Part shown: one piece after another, positions 9,706 through 19,333 of the stretch
How the letters are laid out: the number at the start of each line of letters is the position of its first letter
How positions within the stretch are numbered: the first letter of the stretch is position 1
Origin: Gemmataceae bacterium
GTDB taxonomy: Bacteria; Planctomycetota; Planctomycetia; Gemmatales; Gemmataceae
Reading direction: 5' to 3'
DNA length: 64,000 nucleotides
NCBI GenBank assembly: GCA_044337875.1
Contig: JBIIMS010000005.1
Coordinates: forward strand, 142,350 to 206,349
Notes under the pieces: model-generated
What the model was told of the DNA's origin: nothing
Seen by the model: only the letters and a program-made list of their open reading frames with translations
The model's database searches: none
Program-made: the position numbers and the translations under genes

Positions 9706-10593
9706 TTACTTCTTCTTGGGTGCTACTTTATTTTCAAGATGTTTGTTTAAGTCTGCGATGTCAAGTTTATTTGGCGCACCCTTTTCTGGAATCTCCAACC
9801 CTGCACTCCAAAGCATGCCATTGACAACCAACTGTCGTAGTCCATCCTTGCCCCAATTAGATTGCAAATGGCCCCCTGTATAAGAGAAAGCCCTGCCTCC
9901 CTTGGAGGATTCAAACGCCCAGCCAACGGTTTCGGGATTTGGTGCATTCTTCTTGGATGAAGCTGTGGTTCGCATTTTTTCAGGTGGATTGATCATCACC
10001 AATGGGGTAACACCCTTAGCTGCAAAGTTCATATGAAACAACCAGCCTTCATCAACTTCGAATGGAGTGACTCCCCTAGTGATCGGATGTTTTGCAAACT
10101 GATCCACCGTTGAAACCCAATGGCCCCTGCAAGAAATACTTTTCTCCCAAACACCACCCGCCCACTCCAATGCAAGGCTCTTGCGATCCGCAGGGTATTC
10201 GATGCAATTATGCAAATGAACCAAACCTGCACCTTTGGAAACTGCATTTTCGATCACTTTAAGTTTGGAAGGTTCCAGATAGGCTTGTTTGCCATCGCCT
10301 GTTAAGAAAAAGACAATCGCAGAGGCATCGTCAAATACTTTTTCATTTTTTGGCCAACCATCGCGCACTAAAATAGGATGCACACCCTGGGTTTGTTCAA
10401 GCATGTTCGCTAAAAGAACAATACCAGCGAAGTATTCATGTTCGCCAGAAGGTTTAGCTTCGGGTTTACCTGCAATTAGCACTATCTTTTTTGCTTTTTC
10501 AGAGGTGGGCAACTGCTCCAATTTTGGTGCATCCCAAAAAGCAAGAGTTGCAGAAACTGAAACAAGCAAAGCCATCAAAGCTGCAAATCGCAT
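9706..10593 (-). CDS. ThuA-like (class-I glutamine amidotransferase-like fold) secreted protein
   Basis: Signal peptide MRFAALMALLVSVSATLA. KKIVLIAGKPEAKPSGEHEYFAG and the later HPITRGV segment match my recollection of ThuA-domain proteins. Confidence 0.5.
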   Translation of the reverse strand: MRFAALMALLVSVSATLAFWDAPKLEQLPTSEKAKKIVLIAGKPEAKPSGEHEYFAGIVLLANMLEQTQGVHPILVRDGWPKNEKVFDDASAIVFFLTGDGKQAYLEPSKLKVIENAVSKGAGLVHLHNCIEYPADRKSLALEWAGGVWEKSISCRGHWVSTVDQFAKHPITRGVTPFEVDEGWLFHMNFAAKGVTPLVMINPPEKMRTTASSKKNAPNPETVGWAFESSKGGRAFSYTGGHLQSNWGKDGLRQLVVNGMLWSAGLEIPEKGAPNKLDIADLNKHLENKVAPKKK

Positions 10594-10693
10594 CGCATCA
10601 TCCCCATGACAATAATTAAGATTTAATTATCATGAAGGTTTCAAAAATCACATGCAAGCAGAAATTTAACGAAAGCTCGTTTAGATATAATAC

Positions 10694-11467
10694 CTATGCA
10701 GCCATCCGTTTTTCAGAACTCATCTCACGGACAAGTGTAGATTTCATGACATCTTCGAGTGCAACAAGTACACGCGCAGCAGTAGCTCCATCCAATACAC
10801 GATGATCAAAAGTTAGTCGAACATCAAGGTTACCTTCTTTATCAAGCATGCCGTAATGTATCTGGGTGGTAAGAATGGGCATAAGATTAAGCAAACCTGC
10901 ACCCATGGAGCTTACCGAAGAAATGGCAAAAGTGCCAAAATTATGGCATCGTCTAGGCCCTTCAACATTCAAGGTATACCACCAAATGAACTTCCGGATA
11001 ATTGAAGGTACAAGGCTAAGGGCCCGGGTTCGGGTATAAGATCGGACCTCTTCAATCGGGTCGTCCTTGTGATGCCTGATGATGTCATCTATTTCAACAA
11101 GGGTGCGATTTTCTGGCCCACGCACATAGCCATAGATCACAATATTTTCGTCATTGACAACCCGTTCAACATTAATCGATGCGATGCTATGAGGGTGTTC
11201 GTAAAATTTAGGCCAAGGGAAACTCATGAAGCTTCTGCGCAATTCGGGAAAATCCCGTGCGACCAAACCATAACCCTTTGCAAAAATACTTGTCCAACTC
11301 GGTTTATCTGGGCTCATCTGCCTGGCAATCTTCACCGAAGATAAACTCATTTTTCTCTCAACAGTTGCAATTGGGATCTTGGCACTGAAGTGCATCAGAT
11401 CGAGCACGATTTTTCTGTAAGGAGAAAGAGAAAGGTAATGCCCGGATGCTTTTGTCATATTCCACAC
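10694..11467 (-). CDS. Stand-alone 2-oxoacid dehydrogenase acyltransferase (E2/CAT-like) catalytic-domain protein
   Basis: C-terminal LTFDHRVLDGATAARVLVALEDVM carries the DHRxxDG catalytic motif of E2 acyltransferases. No lipoyl or E3-binding domain is encoded (257 aa in total). Confidence 0.55.
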   Translation of the reverse strand: MWNMTKASGHYLSLSPYRKIVLDLMHFSAKIPIATVERKMSLSSVKIARQMSPDKPSWTSIFAKGYGLVARDFPELRRSFMSFPWPKFYEHPHSIASINVERVVNDENIVIYGYVRGPENRTLVEIDDIIRHHKDDPIEEVRSYTRTRALSLVPSIIRKFIWWYTLNVEGPRRCHNFGTFAISSVSSMGAGLLNLMPILTTQIHYGMLDKEGNLDVRLTFDHRVLDGATAARVLVALEDVMKSTLVREMSSEKRMAA

Positions 11468-11693
11468 AGCCCATTTAAGCTTTCATCTACGAATGTTAGT
11501 AAGCACTTAATAGCAATTTCCCGTAATTATCAATATCTGTTTTGGAGTTGGTAATCTGAGAAAAAACGGTAGCATTCTTCGGTATGAAAACTATTTATTC
11601 AAGAAGATAGGGTATATGGATCAACTATTCGCCTATTACGAAAGAATCAAAAAGAGTACTATAAATCCTTATATTTCCCATAGGATAACGACC

Positions 11694-12539
11694 ATGCGAA
11701 CCACCTTAATTCCCATGCTTACCATGCTTATCCTTTCTCCGCCATTATTTGCAGCAGAGCCCAAAGCCTTTCTCAATATTCCTTACACCGAAACGAAGAA
11801 CGAAAAGCAAACCCTTGATCTATTCGCTCCCCCAGATGCAAAAAACCTACCCATCATATTTTGGATACATGGGGGTGGCTGGCAGGCAGGCAACAAGGAA
11901 GATGTTCAAATCAAACCCCATGCCTTCACTGCAAAAGGTTTCATTTTTGTCTCCACCAATTATCGCTTGATCCCCGCTGCCTCCATCAAAGAGATGGCCG
12001 GAGATATCGCAAAATCAATGCGCTGGGTTTTTGATCATGCAAAAGAATACGGAGGCGACCCCAGCACCTTCCTTGTTATGGGGCATTCTGCAGGGGCCCA
12101 ACTTGCTGCACTGCTTTCCACCGATGACTCTTACTTGAAAGCTGAAAAATTACCCCTGACAATTATCAAAGGTTGCGTGCCCGTAGATGGCGACACCTAT
12201 GATGTGCCAATGCAAATCTCAATGGTTATTGAACGTAGTGCCATCAGTTATCGAAAAAAATTCGGGGACGAAAAACAACAGAAGGACTTATCACCCGTGA
12301 CTCATGTCGCAAAAGGAAAAAATATTCCTCCCTTTTTAATATTGCATGTAGCAGGCCATCCGGAAACCGGTGGTCAATCTCAGCGATTGGTGAAAGAGTT
12401 AAGGGCTGCAGGGATTTCAGCTACTGCCTATCCATCCGAGGGCAAAACCCATGGCAGCATTAACGCAGACCTTGGGAAAGTTGACGACAAACCAACGATT
12501 GAACTGTATTCGTTTCTTGAAAAAGTATTGAAGAAGTAA
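11694..12539 (+). CDS. Secreted alpha/beta hydrolase (esterase/lipase, HGGG-type)
   Basis: The frame is open from 11616. ATG 11694 gives the signal peptide MRTTLIPMLTMLILSPPLFA. It has an oxyanion motif IWIHGGGWQ and a nucleophile elbow GHSAG. Confidence 0.65.
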   Translation: MRTTLIPMLTMLILSPPLFAAEPKAFLNIPYTETKNEKQTLDLFAPPDAKNLPIIFWIHGGGWQAGNKEDVQIKPHAFTAKGFIFVSTNYRLIPAASIKEMAGDIAKSMRWVFDHAKEYGGDPSTFLVMGHSAGAQLAALLSTDDSYLKAEKLPLTIIKGCVPVDGDTYDVPMQISMVIERSAISYRKKFGDEKQQKDLSPVTHVAKGKNIPPFLILHVAGHPETGGQSQRLVKELRAAGISATAYPSEGKTHGSINADLGKVDDKPTIELYSFLEKVLKK

Positions 12540-12571
12540 GGCTCTTATTTTAACCAGCAAAGGGATTTATC

Positions 12572-13045
12572 ATGGAAAAGTTACTGTTTAGTGTAATGGC
12601 ATTTTTGGTTTCAACCGTGTTGGTGCAAGCAGCGGAAAGCGCTGATGAGTTAGCAAAAAAAACTGCGGGTGATTTTCTCGATGCCTTTAAATCCAACAAG
12701 GTTGAAGCTGCAATGAAAATTACAAGCACTCCTTTCTATCTAAAAAATCGCGATCTGATTAAAGATAAGGCCGAGCTAGAAAAACACTTCACTGAAGAAT
12801 TTAAAAAGAATGCAGGCAAAGTAGATGACCTTACCCATTCGGTCAAAGAAATCCATCCCTTCGAAACCATCAAGGAAAAGATCAACGAAGATAAAGAAAA
12901 AATTGATGAGGTATTAAAGGATGGCGACCGGGTGGTTTTATTGGAAGTAAAAATTGGCGATAAGGAAATGACTGTTGCGATTGCAGTAGCGCTACGCCAA
13001 GGTAAAGCTACTGTGGTTGGCGTAAGCAAGGTTTCAGAGAAGTAA
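12572..13045 (+). CDS. Secreted Lys/Glu-rich protein, unknown function
   Basis: 157-aa ORF with signal peptide MEKLLFSVMAFLVSTVLVQA. No motif recognised. Confidence 0.4.
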   Translation: MEKLLFSVMAFLVSTVLVQAAESADELAKKTAGDFLDAFKSNKVEAAMKITSTPFYLKNRDLIKDKAELEKHFTEEFKKNAGKVDDLTHSVKEIHPFETIKEKINEDKEKIDEVLKDGDRVVLLEVKIGDKEMTVAIAVALRQGKATVVGVSKVSEK

Positions 13046-13429
13046 AAATCACGCCATTGCTGGAACAAACCTGCAAATATTTCATATTTGAATAATTTTT
13101 GGCCCCTTTCAATAAGTTTTATCGCTCTACTAAGTAGTGCGATAAGACTATTTACACAATAATTACTTTTTAAGATCGCATTATTTATCTTTTTTATTGC
13201 AAGATGGTACAATGTGATGAAGTGATTGGTCAAAACAAAGGGATGCTATATGTTCCGATTCTTTACTTTGACAGTGCTTATTTTATCTTTAGGTTATATT
13301 AATGATACTCGGGGCGCCTGAGGCACCGGCCCTTCGCGATCGACCTGTACGGTTGGATCTAAAACAGTTTCTAGTTCTCAGTTAAATCGAAATCTTGGTC
13401 AATCTTTTTCCCCCACACTGACAAACCTT

Positions 13430-13783
13430 ATGAACTCGATAGGCGTAGCCAAATCAAACCTGGCCTCTGCTGGAACTTTTTATGGCGGTCACAAAGGCAA
13501 AGCTACAGAAGAGTTAGACAAAGCCATAAAAATGATCAACATTTATGCGCCACAAACAAAAAATATCAAAGCGATGCCGACTGGAAAAGAATCCAATTCG
13601 CAATCACAATCACAAAGCATAGATACCAATGCATCAAACAAGAAGTTAAGGCAAGCCAAGCAAGCGATCGATAATTCCATAGCGATCATGTATGCAACGA
13701 GAAACCCTAGTTTTGAAAATCAACTTTTGATTTCTTATTTCAAGAAAGCCGGTAAAGAAATTGATCTAGCTCTAAAAAACTAA
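13430..13783 (+). CDS. Hypothetical protein (possibly the 3' part of a TGA-interrupted secreted-protein gene starting at 13250)
   Basis: 117-aa ORF. The same frame is open upstream to a TGA at 13319-13321, which is preceded by ATG 13250 encoding a signal-peptide-like MFRFFTLTVLILSLGYINDTRGA. Confidence 0.35.
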   Translation: MNSIGVAKSNLASAGTFYGGHKGKATEELDKAIKMINIYAPQTKNIKAMPTGKESNSQSQSQSIDTNASNKKLRQAKQAIDNSIAIMYATRNPSFENQLLISYFKKAGKEIDLALKN

Positions 13784-13801
13784 AGAGTTTGAAGGCTATT
13801 T

Positions 13802-13842
13802 AAAAAGGGACCGGTTCACTTCAGTGAGCCGGCCCCTTTAAT
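13802..13842. terminator. Bidirectional rho-independent terminator between convergent genes
   Basis: GGGACCGGTTCAC (13807-13819) pairs with GTGAGCCGGCCCC (13824-13836), giving 12 bp including one G-U pair, plus one A/C mismatch, with loop TTCA. It is flanked by an A-run on the left and a T-rich run on the right, so it can terminate both strands. Confidence 0.6.
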
Positions 13843-13869
13843 ATTAATTAGAAAGAATAGAAACGATTT

Positions 13870-14310
13870 CTACTTAAGATCAATTTTAAGCGAAGCCTTT
13901 TCACCTGCTTTGATCTCCACGGAAATATCCGTGGTATTTAATGATTCGTATTTAGTTGGGATATCGGATTTGAAACCACCTGGAGGGGGTGGTGCAAGCA
14001 CGCCTGGTGCGATTTCCTTCGTCATATTTTTTGCTGCAGTCACTTTATATTTTCCCTCAGGGGCGCCATCATCTTTACCATAGGTGGAGATAGTAAACTT
14101 ACCATCCTTATCGGATATGCCACGAGGAGCGACTTTGCCTTCCGAATGATGCAAAGAAATGGAAACCTCTGCAGCGGGTTTCCCATTAAGGGTAACAACA
14201 CCATCCACGGGCGTGGTAGAAAGTTTTTCGGGCCCTTTGGGTGCATTAGAACCACAGCCTAATGCTGCAGTCATGCCAAGGATGACTGCAAAAGAAAGAT
14301 ACAGTCTCAT
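13870..14310 (-). CDS. Lipoprotein with carboxypeptidase-regulatory-like (beta-sandwich) domain, a DUF1559 partner
   Basis: Lipobox AALGCGS. The segment VDGVVTLNGKPAAEVSISLH...DKDGKFTIS is typical of CarboxypepD_reg-like domains. It lies 27 nt downstream of the DUF1559 gene on the same strand. Confidence 0.55.
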   Translation of the reverse strand: MRLYLSFAVILGMTAALGCGSNAPKGPEKLSTTPVDGVVTLNGKPAAEVSISLHHSEGKVAPRGISDKDGKFTISTYGKDDGAPEGKYKVTAAKNMTKEIAPGVLAPPPPGGFKSDIPTKYESLNTTDISVEIKAGEKASLKIDLK

Positions 14311-14337
14311 AATTATTCTTTCTAGATAATAAAAGGA

Positions 14338-15381
14338 TTACTCGGAAATAGGTTCTTCGCCTGCGCGGGTACCCATGGCACCAAAAACACCAAAGGGGCT
14401 TCGTCCGGTAAGGCCGGTGCCTGTGGCATTCTGGTTGCCAGAATCAATATTATTGTTGATAAATCGAACCGAGGCATCGCCAAAAACTGCAACAATGCCA
14501 CCTGTATGAGCACTGCTAGGCGGATACAACCCAGAACCTGCATCCCATCTTACATAACAACAGGCGGGGCTACTATTAGGAGCAGCATTGGTAGAAATAC
14601 CTGTAAATGCTGAACCACCATCATGCCAGCGAACCCCAGACCACGTTGTAAGATCCCCTTGGGGGACTGCGGTGGGAAAAGAATTTCTGGAAAAATCAAA
14701 AGTGGCCCTGCATTGATTCGGAGTGGTAAACCAATTGCCCGCTTGAATATAAGTCATGGACATATCACGGCCACTACCACTTATGGCACGTCTTCGTTCA
14801 GCCATGGCAAGCGTATTACTGGTACCATCGACAACATCTTTTAATCTTAGTCCAACCCGGTTTCCGGATAATGCAGCGGACTGATAGGAAGTGAACATTC
14901 CACGCTCACGACCAGATTGAATCTGATCAATGGAATCTCCCATGCAAAACATGTAGTTGGTTTGTTGGGTGGTGTTACTTCCTGGAACTGGAGCTGGATC
15001 GGAGGGGCATAACAACCCAGGAATTTTTTGGTTTTGATTAACAAAGTTATTCCATGGGTCTTTTTCGCCATCCACTGCTTCAATTTTGTCAAACAATGAG
15101 GCTTGTTCCAGATAGGGCAAGAGAAGCAAAAGTCCACTCTGCCTGTAATTGACACCACCGGTTACAACATTTAACTGGCCCTGGCGCCAAGGTAGGCCCC
15201 CCATGGTGCTTTCAAAATTATGAATTGCCAAACCAAGTTGCTTAAAGTTATTGGTGCATTGGGTACGGGCTGAAGCCTCACGCACCTTCTGTACTGCTGG
15301 CAACAGCAAGCCAATCAGAATAGCAATAATTGCTATCACCACCAAAAGCTCGATAAGAGTGAAAGCTGATTTTTTTGACAT
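14338..15381 (-). CDS. DUF1559 protein with type II secretion/type IV pilin-like N-terminal methylation motif
   Basis: [30 protein letters not shown] leader and C-terminal [17 protein letters not shown] (H-X9-DG-like). The frame opens at 15396, but ATG 15381 has a GGAG sequence 8 nt upstream. Confidence 0.8.
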   Translation of the reverse strand: MSKKSAFTLIELLVVIAIIAILIGLLLPAVQKVREASARTQCTNNFKQLGLAIHNFESTMGGLPWRQGQLNVVTGGVNYRQSGLLLLLPYLEQASLFDKIEAVDGEKDPWNNFVNQNQKIPGLLCPSDPAPVPGSNTTQQTNYMFCMGDSIDQIQSGRERGMFTSYQSAALSGNRVGLRLKDVVDGTSNTLAMAERRRAISGSGRDMSMTYIQAGNWFTTPNQCRATFDFSRNSFPTAVPQGDLTTWSGVRWHDGGSAFTGISTNAAPNSSPACCYVRWDAGSGLYPPSSAHTGGIVAVFGDASVRFINNNIDSGNQNATGTGLTGRSPFGVFGAMGTRAGEEPISE

Positions 15382-15621
15382 GTCTTTAGCTCCCATAAAA
15401 CGGAAGGTTTATACTTCATTTATTTTATTTTATTTAAATCACTTTTGCAAACCTAATAAATGCCAACTCAACAAAAAATTAAACTCATTTTCTATAAAGA
15501 AGCCATATTCTTACCCCGCATTTTGGTACATTTAAAATCGATTGTACTTGGCCCCACAGAAAAATTGACATCCCCTAAAAATTTAACCCATGTAATAAAC
15601 GACCCTTACGAAAGAAACTTC

Positions 15622-17508
15622 ATGTACCATTCCATTAAAACTATACTCTTGATTCCAATTCTGCTGTTAGCGACATTCAACAGCCTAAATGCTCAAGAAA
15701 AAACCAAATCACGATGCTACTTGATTGGAAACTCGCTAACCTGGGATACCTCACCCAGGTTACTTTCTGGAGATGTTCAATGGCATGTAGATTGTGGCGT
15801 CCCTTTACCCTTCATTTATGCCCACCCCGAAAAGCCATGTGTGAAAGAATCCACCCTCTGGCCCACTGCCCTTCTTGATAAGCAATACGACTTCATCTCG
15901 GTGCAGCCCCATTATGGTTCGACCCTTCCACAGGATGTTGAAACAATATCTGCATGGATGAAATTGCAACCCAAGGCAGTGTTTATTATTCATTCGGGTT
16001 GGGCATGGCATACCAAGCGTGCGGAGGAATTTGCAAGTTATGCACCCCCCGAGCAAATGACTCATAGCCCCGTTTATATCCGTGCTTTGATTACAGAGTT
16101 ACAAAAGCTTCATCCCGGGCGTGAATTACGACAGACCCTTGCCCAAAACCTGCTTGCCTCTATCGCAGAGGATATTTCAGCAAACAACGCCCCAATCAAA
16201 AATGTTGCAGAATTGTATCGCGATGACATTCACTTAACCCATAGCCATGGAAAATATCTTGCCCATAACGCAATGCGATTCGCAATGGGCCAACCATTTT
16301 CCCAAGCGGGATTCGAAAAGCTGGACCCCGAGGTGAAGAAATATCTTGATAGCGTGCTGGCAAAACTTGGGGCATCAGCTAGCGACAAAACCCTGCTCAC
16401 CCAAATTCTTTCCATTGAGGAAAAAGTCGATCGCTCATCCTTGATCTCAAAGATTTCTGATACGAATTTAAAGGTCAAACTTCAGATCCTGCTTCCTGAA
16501 ATCGAACAAGCAGCAAAGTTGCGACGCAGCACTCTTTTGCTGGATGCAGAAATCAAGGAACTCAGAGGTAAACTCATTTGCACCCCCACCGCACCACAAT
16601 GGCTTTACCTCGCTACCTCTGATACTGCCACCGATATCTTTGATGTTCCTGCTGCGATCGATCTCTACAACGGCAACAACCCACTCAAGGGCAAAGGTGG
16701 GAAAAACGAACGCGTCACCGATGATTGGCTCAAGCGACTTTCAAACATTTCTACCCTGCGCAAACTCGATCTCGCAAATTGTGCCATCCAAGGTGATGGC
16801 TTAAAACATATTTCCTCACTTAAAAACCTGCGCGAACTCAACCTGACTTTAACTCCTGTGAATGATGAAGCGCTTAAACATCTTTCCGGCCTGACCGAAC
16901 TGCGAACTCTGGGCCTAGCTTCCACCCAGTGCACAGGCACCGGTTTCACTCATCTAAAGTCCCTTACCAAACTTGAAAATGTCAACTTCCATTTCACACC
17001 TCTTAACGATGCTGGCTTGCAAGCAATATCTCAACTCCCGCTTTCAGGCAGGCTTTGGTTCGCTCATACCAAGTTCACCGATCAAGGGGCCACACATCTT
17101 AAAAACCTGACTCAACTTAAACGATGTGGCATTGGCAGTGCCGATAAGGCTAGCTCAGGCGAAGCCGTCGCTGCCCTATCAAATCTACACCTGGAAGATC
17201 TGGCCTTGCTGGATAACCAAGCAAATGCTGTGGGTATTGCTCATGCAACCAAAATCTCAACATTACTTCGATTTGATGTTTCGCATGCTCCCACCGTTAA
17301 AGATGATTCGTTGCTTCTAGTTGCGCAAATGCCCAAGCTGGAAGAATTTAAACTTGGTAGTGCATTGGTTACAGATGCAGGCCTTCAAGCACTTGCAAAT
17401 TCCAAGTCTTTGAAAAAAATATCGCTGAGTGGTTGCAAGAGTATCACGCCCGCTGGGGTCGAACAATTGCGCAAAGCACGACCCAACCTCGTAGTGGAAT
17501 CCAACTAA
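15622..17508 (+). CDS. Secreted SGNH/GDSL-like hydrolase domain fused to leucine-rich repeats
   Basis: The frame is open from 15460. ATG 15622 gives the signal peptide MYHSIKTILLIPILLLATFNSLNA. It has block-I-like LIGNSLT and block-V-like DDIHLT. The C-terminal half has repeated L..L..L.L....(V/I)(T/N)D.GL..L units (RNI-type LRR). Confidence 0.55.
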   Translation: MYHSIKTILLIPILLLATFNSLNAQEKTKSRCYLIGNSLTWDTSPRLLSGDVQWHVDCGVPLPFIYAHPEKPCVKESTLWPTALLDKQYDFISVQPHYGSTLPQDVETISAWMKLQPKAVFIIHSGWAWHTKRAEEFASYAPPEQMTHSPVYIRALITELQKLHPGRELRQTLAQNLLASIAEDISANNAPIKNVAELYRDDIHLTHSHGKYLAHNAMRFAMGQPFSQAGFEKLDPEVKKYLDSVLAKLGASASDKTLLTQILSIEEKVDRSSLISKISDTNLKVKLQILLPEIEQAAKLRRSTLLLDAEIKELRGKLICTPTAPQWLYLATSDTATDIFDVPAAIDLYNGNNPLKGKGGKNERVTDDWLKRLSNISTLRKLDLANCAIQGDGLKHISSLKNLRELNLTLTPVNDEALKHLSGLTELRTLGLASTQCTGTGFTHLKSLTKLENVNFHFTPLNDAGLQAISQLPLSGRLWFAHTKFTDQGATHLKNLTQLKRCGIGSADKASSGEAVAALSNLHLEDLALLDNQANAVGIAHATKISTLLRFDVSHAPTVKDDSLLLVAQMPKLEEFKLGSALVTDAGLQALANSKSLKKISLSGCKSITPAGVEQLRKARPNLVVESN

Positions 17509-17617
17509 ACGCATTAACTTTGATGAGTAGCGTAAATTGATTGGTTTTACTACGCCCTATTACTTAGACTGTTTTCATTGGAAGACTGAAAATTTCACCC
17601 CCACCGGAACTTGATCC

Positions 17618-18973
17618 ATGACTCAAACAAAATTCATCTGGCTTGCAACTCTTCTGCTCATCGCTGTTACCCCTGAAATTTATGCGCAAAAAGCGCCCTA
17701 CGATGTTTTCCCACCCGCAGAAGCACCCTACTACCGTGTACGCTACGAAGCTTCCACCAATCCGGGCGAGCTTACCTTCCCCGTCAACTACACGATTTGG
17801 ATTCCCAAAGATGTGAAGAATCTCCGGGGCGTGATTGTTCATCAACATGGTTGTGGCGAAGGGTCTTGCAAATCTGGCCTTACAGGCGCATATGATCTTC
17901 ATTGGCAGGCACTTGCAAAAAAACATGATTGTGCTCTGCTTGCTCCCTCCTACGAACAACCAGAAAAAGGCGATTGCCAAATGTGGTGCGATCCGCGTAA
18001 TGGTTCAAGCGCAGCGTTTCAAAAGTGCCTCGTCGATCTGGGTGCAAAATCCGGGCATCCCGAATTGTCGAAATTGCCTTGGGCACTTTGGGGCCATAGT
18101 GGTGGTGGCCATTGGGCCGGCGGCATGGTGCTCATGCATCCCGAACGCGTTGCAGCAGCTTGGCTTCGTTCAGGCGTTCCACTTCTCAAAGCAAATGCAG
18201 AACGCTCTACCATCAAGGCACATACCTTACCCGATGCAGCTTTAAAAGTTCCCGTCATGTGTAACCCTGGAACCAAAGAAGGCGTTACTGTTAAAGATTC
18301 TCGTTTCGCAGGAGTATGGCCTGCCAACGAAACCTTCTTCAACGAAGTTCGCTCCAAGGGTGGCCTAATAAGTGTTGCTGTTGATCCACTATCCAGCCAC
18401 GAGTGTGGCAACCAGCGTTACCTCGCAATCGTATGGCTCGATGCTTGCTTAAGCGCCCGCCTACCCAAGATTACTACGAACCCACTTAATGCTATGCCCA
18501 CTGATCAAGTATGGCTTGCCCCTATCACTGGCGGAGAGGCACAACCTATGGCAAAGTTTTCAGGCGAACCTCTAAAAGCTGCATGGTTACCAAACGAAGC
18601 CATTGCAAAGTCTTGGATGCAGTATGTGAAAGATACTTTGGTAAGCGATACCACTGCGCCCTCTGCTCCAACAAATTTACAAGTGAAGGGCAACGAACTG
18701 AAGTGGGAAGCAGAAGCTGATCTTGAAAGTGGACTTGCAAGTTTCATCATCGAGAGGGATGGGAAGTTTCTCGCAAACCTTCCAGAGACTGGGAAGAACC
18801 CCTTTGGCCGACCCATTTTCCAGAACCTGCAATACAGCGACACGCCCTCCCAACCGCTTGTCCCAATGAAATACACCGATACAAAAGCGGAGGCAGGCAA
18901 GAAACACACCTACCGTGTAATCACGGTAAACACAGCTGGCTTAAAATCAAAACCTTCTGCAGATTCTAAATAA
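17618..18973 (+). CDS. Secreted alpha/beta hydrolase (esterase/depolymerase-like) with C-terminal fibronectin type III domain
   Basis: Signal peptide [23 protein letters not shown] and nucleophile elbow WGHSGGGHW. The C-terminus [21 protein letters not shown]...[18 protein letters not shown] is FN3-like. Confidence 0.6.
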   Translation: MTQTKFIWLATLLLIAVTPEIYAQKAPYDVFPPAEAPYYRVRYEASTNPGELTFPVNYTIWIPKDVKNLRGVIVHQHGCGEGSCKSGLTGAYDLHWQALAKKHDCALLAPSYEQPEKGDCQMWCDPRNGSSAAFQKCLVDLGAKSGHPELSKLPWALWGHSGGGHWAGGMVLMHPERVAAAWLRSGVPLLKANAERSTIKAHTLPDAALKVPVMCNPGTKEGVTVKDSRFAGVWPANETFFNEVRSKGGLISVAVDPLSSHECGNQRYLAIVWLDACLSARLPKITTNPLNAMPTDQVWLAPITGGEAQPMAKFSGEPLKAAWLPNEAIAKSWMQYVKDTLVSDTTAPSAPTNLQVKGNELKWEAEADLESGLASFIIERDGKFLANLPETGKNPFGRPIFQNLQYSDTPSQPLVPMKYTDTKAEAGKKHTYRVITVNTAGLKSKPSADSK

Positions 18974-18990
18974 ACAAATGTTTTAAAGGA

Positions 18991-19185
18991 AGAAGTAGCA
19001 GAAGCATAGCCACGGAAGGAAGAATAAGCAGAAGCATTTGCCACGGATTAACACGGAATTTCACGGAATCAAAACACTTCTTTCAGAGCCGGATGCGTGA
19101 GCGACGGTTTGACTCATCCCTTAGGTGCAAGACCCAAAGGTTCAAATGGAGGAGTTGCAGTGGGGCTTCCCCATCGCAACTCCTC
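18991..19185. repeat. Intergenic repeat family, locus A (modules M1-M2-M3 plus a complete hairpin)
   Basis: M1 at 18991-19077: AGCAGAAGCAT(T)(A/T)GCCACGGA sub-units plus TTAACACGGA. M2 at 19084-19107: CAGAGCCGGATGCGTGAGCGACGG. M3 at 19145-19169: AATGGAGGAGTTGCAGTGGGGCTTC. Positions 19027-19169 align with 40334-40455. Confidence 0.8.
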
Positions 19186-19333
19186 TGTCTTTAAACAAAC
19201 CCACATCAATAAATATGTAATTGGAAGCAAAAGGAAGAATAAGAATGGAACTCCGCATAAGCGAAGTTGACGAAGGCGGCGGCGGGCTAACTGGAACCCG
19301 GGCTAGCGAAGCGAAGGGCCCTTTTCCCGGAGG

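Noticed and set aside
12736-13233. 165-aa minus-strand ORF
   Set aside because: It is mostly antisense to the 12572-13045 secreted-protein ORF. It has no signal peptide or motif, and its Ser/Leu/Phe-rich composition is typical of the antisense of a Lys/Glu-rich gene.
19130-19190. tRNA-like fragment (GGTTCAAATGG resembles a T-arm)
   Set aside because: No acceptor stem, D-arm or anticodon arm can be drawn. The segment belongs to repeat module M3 and its hairpin.
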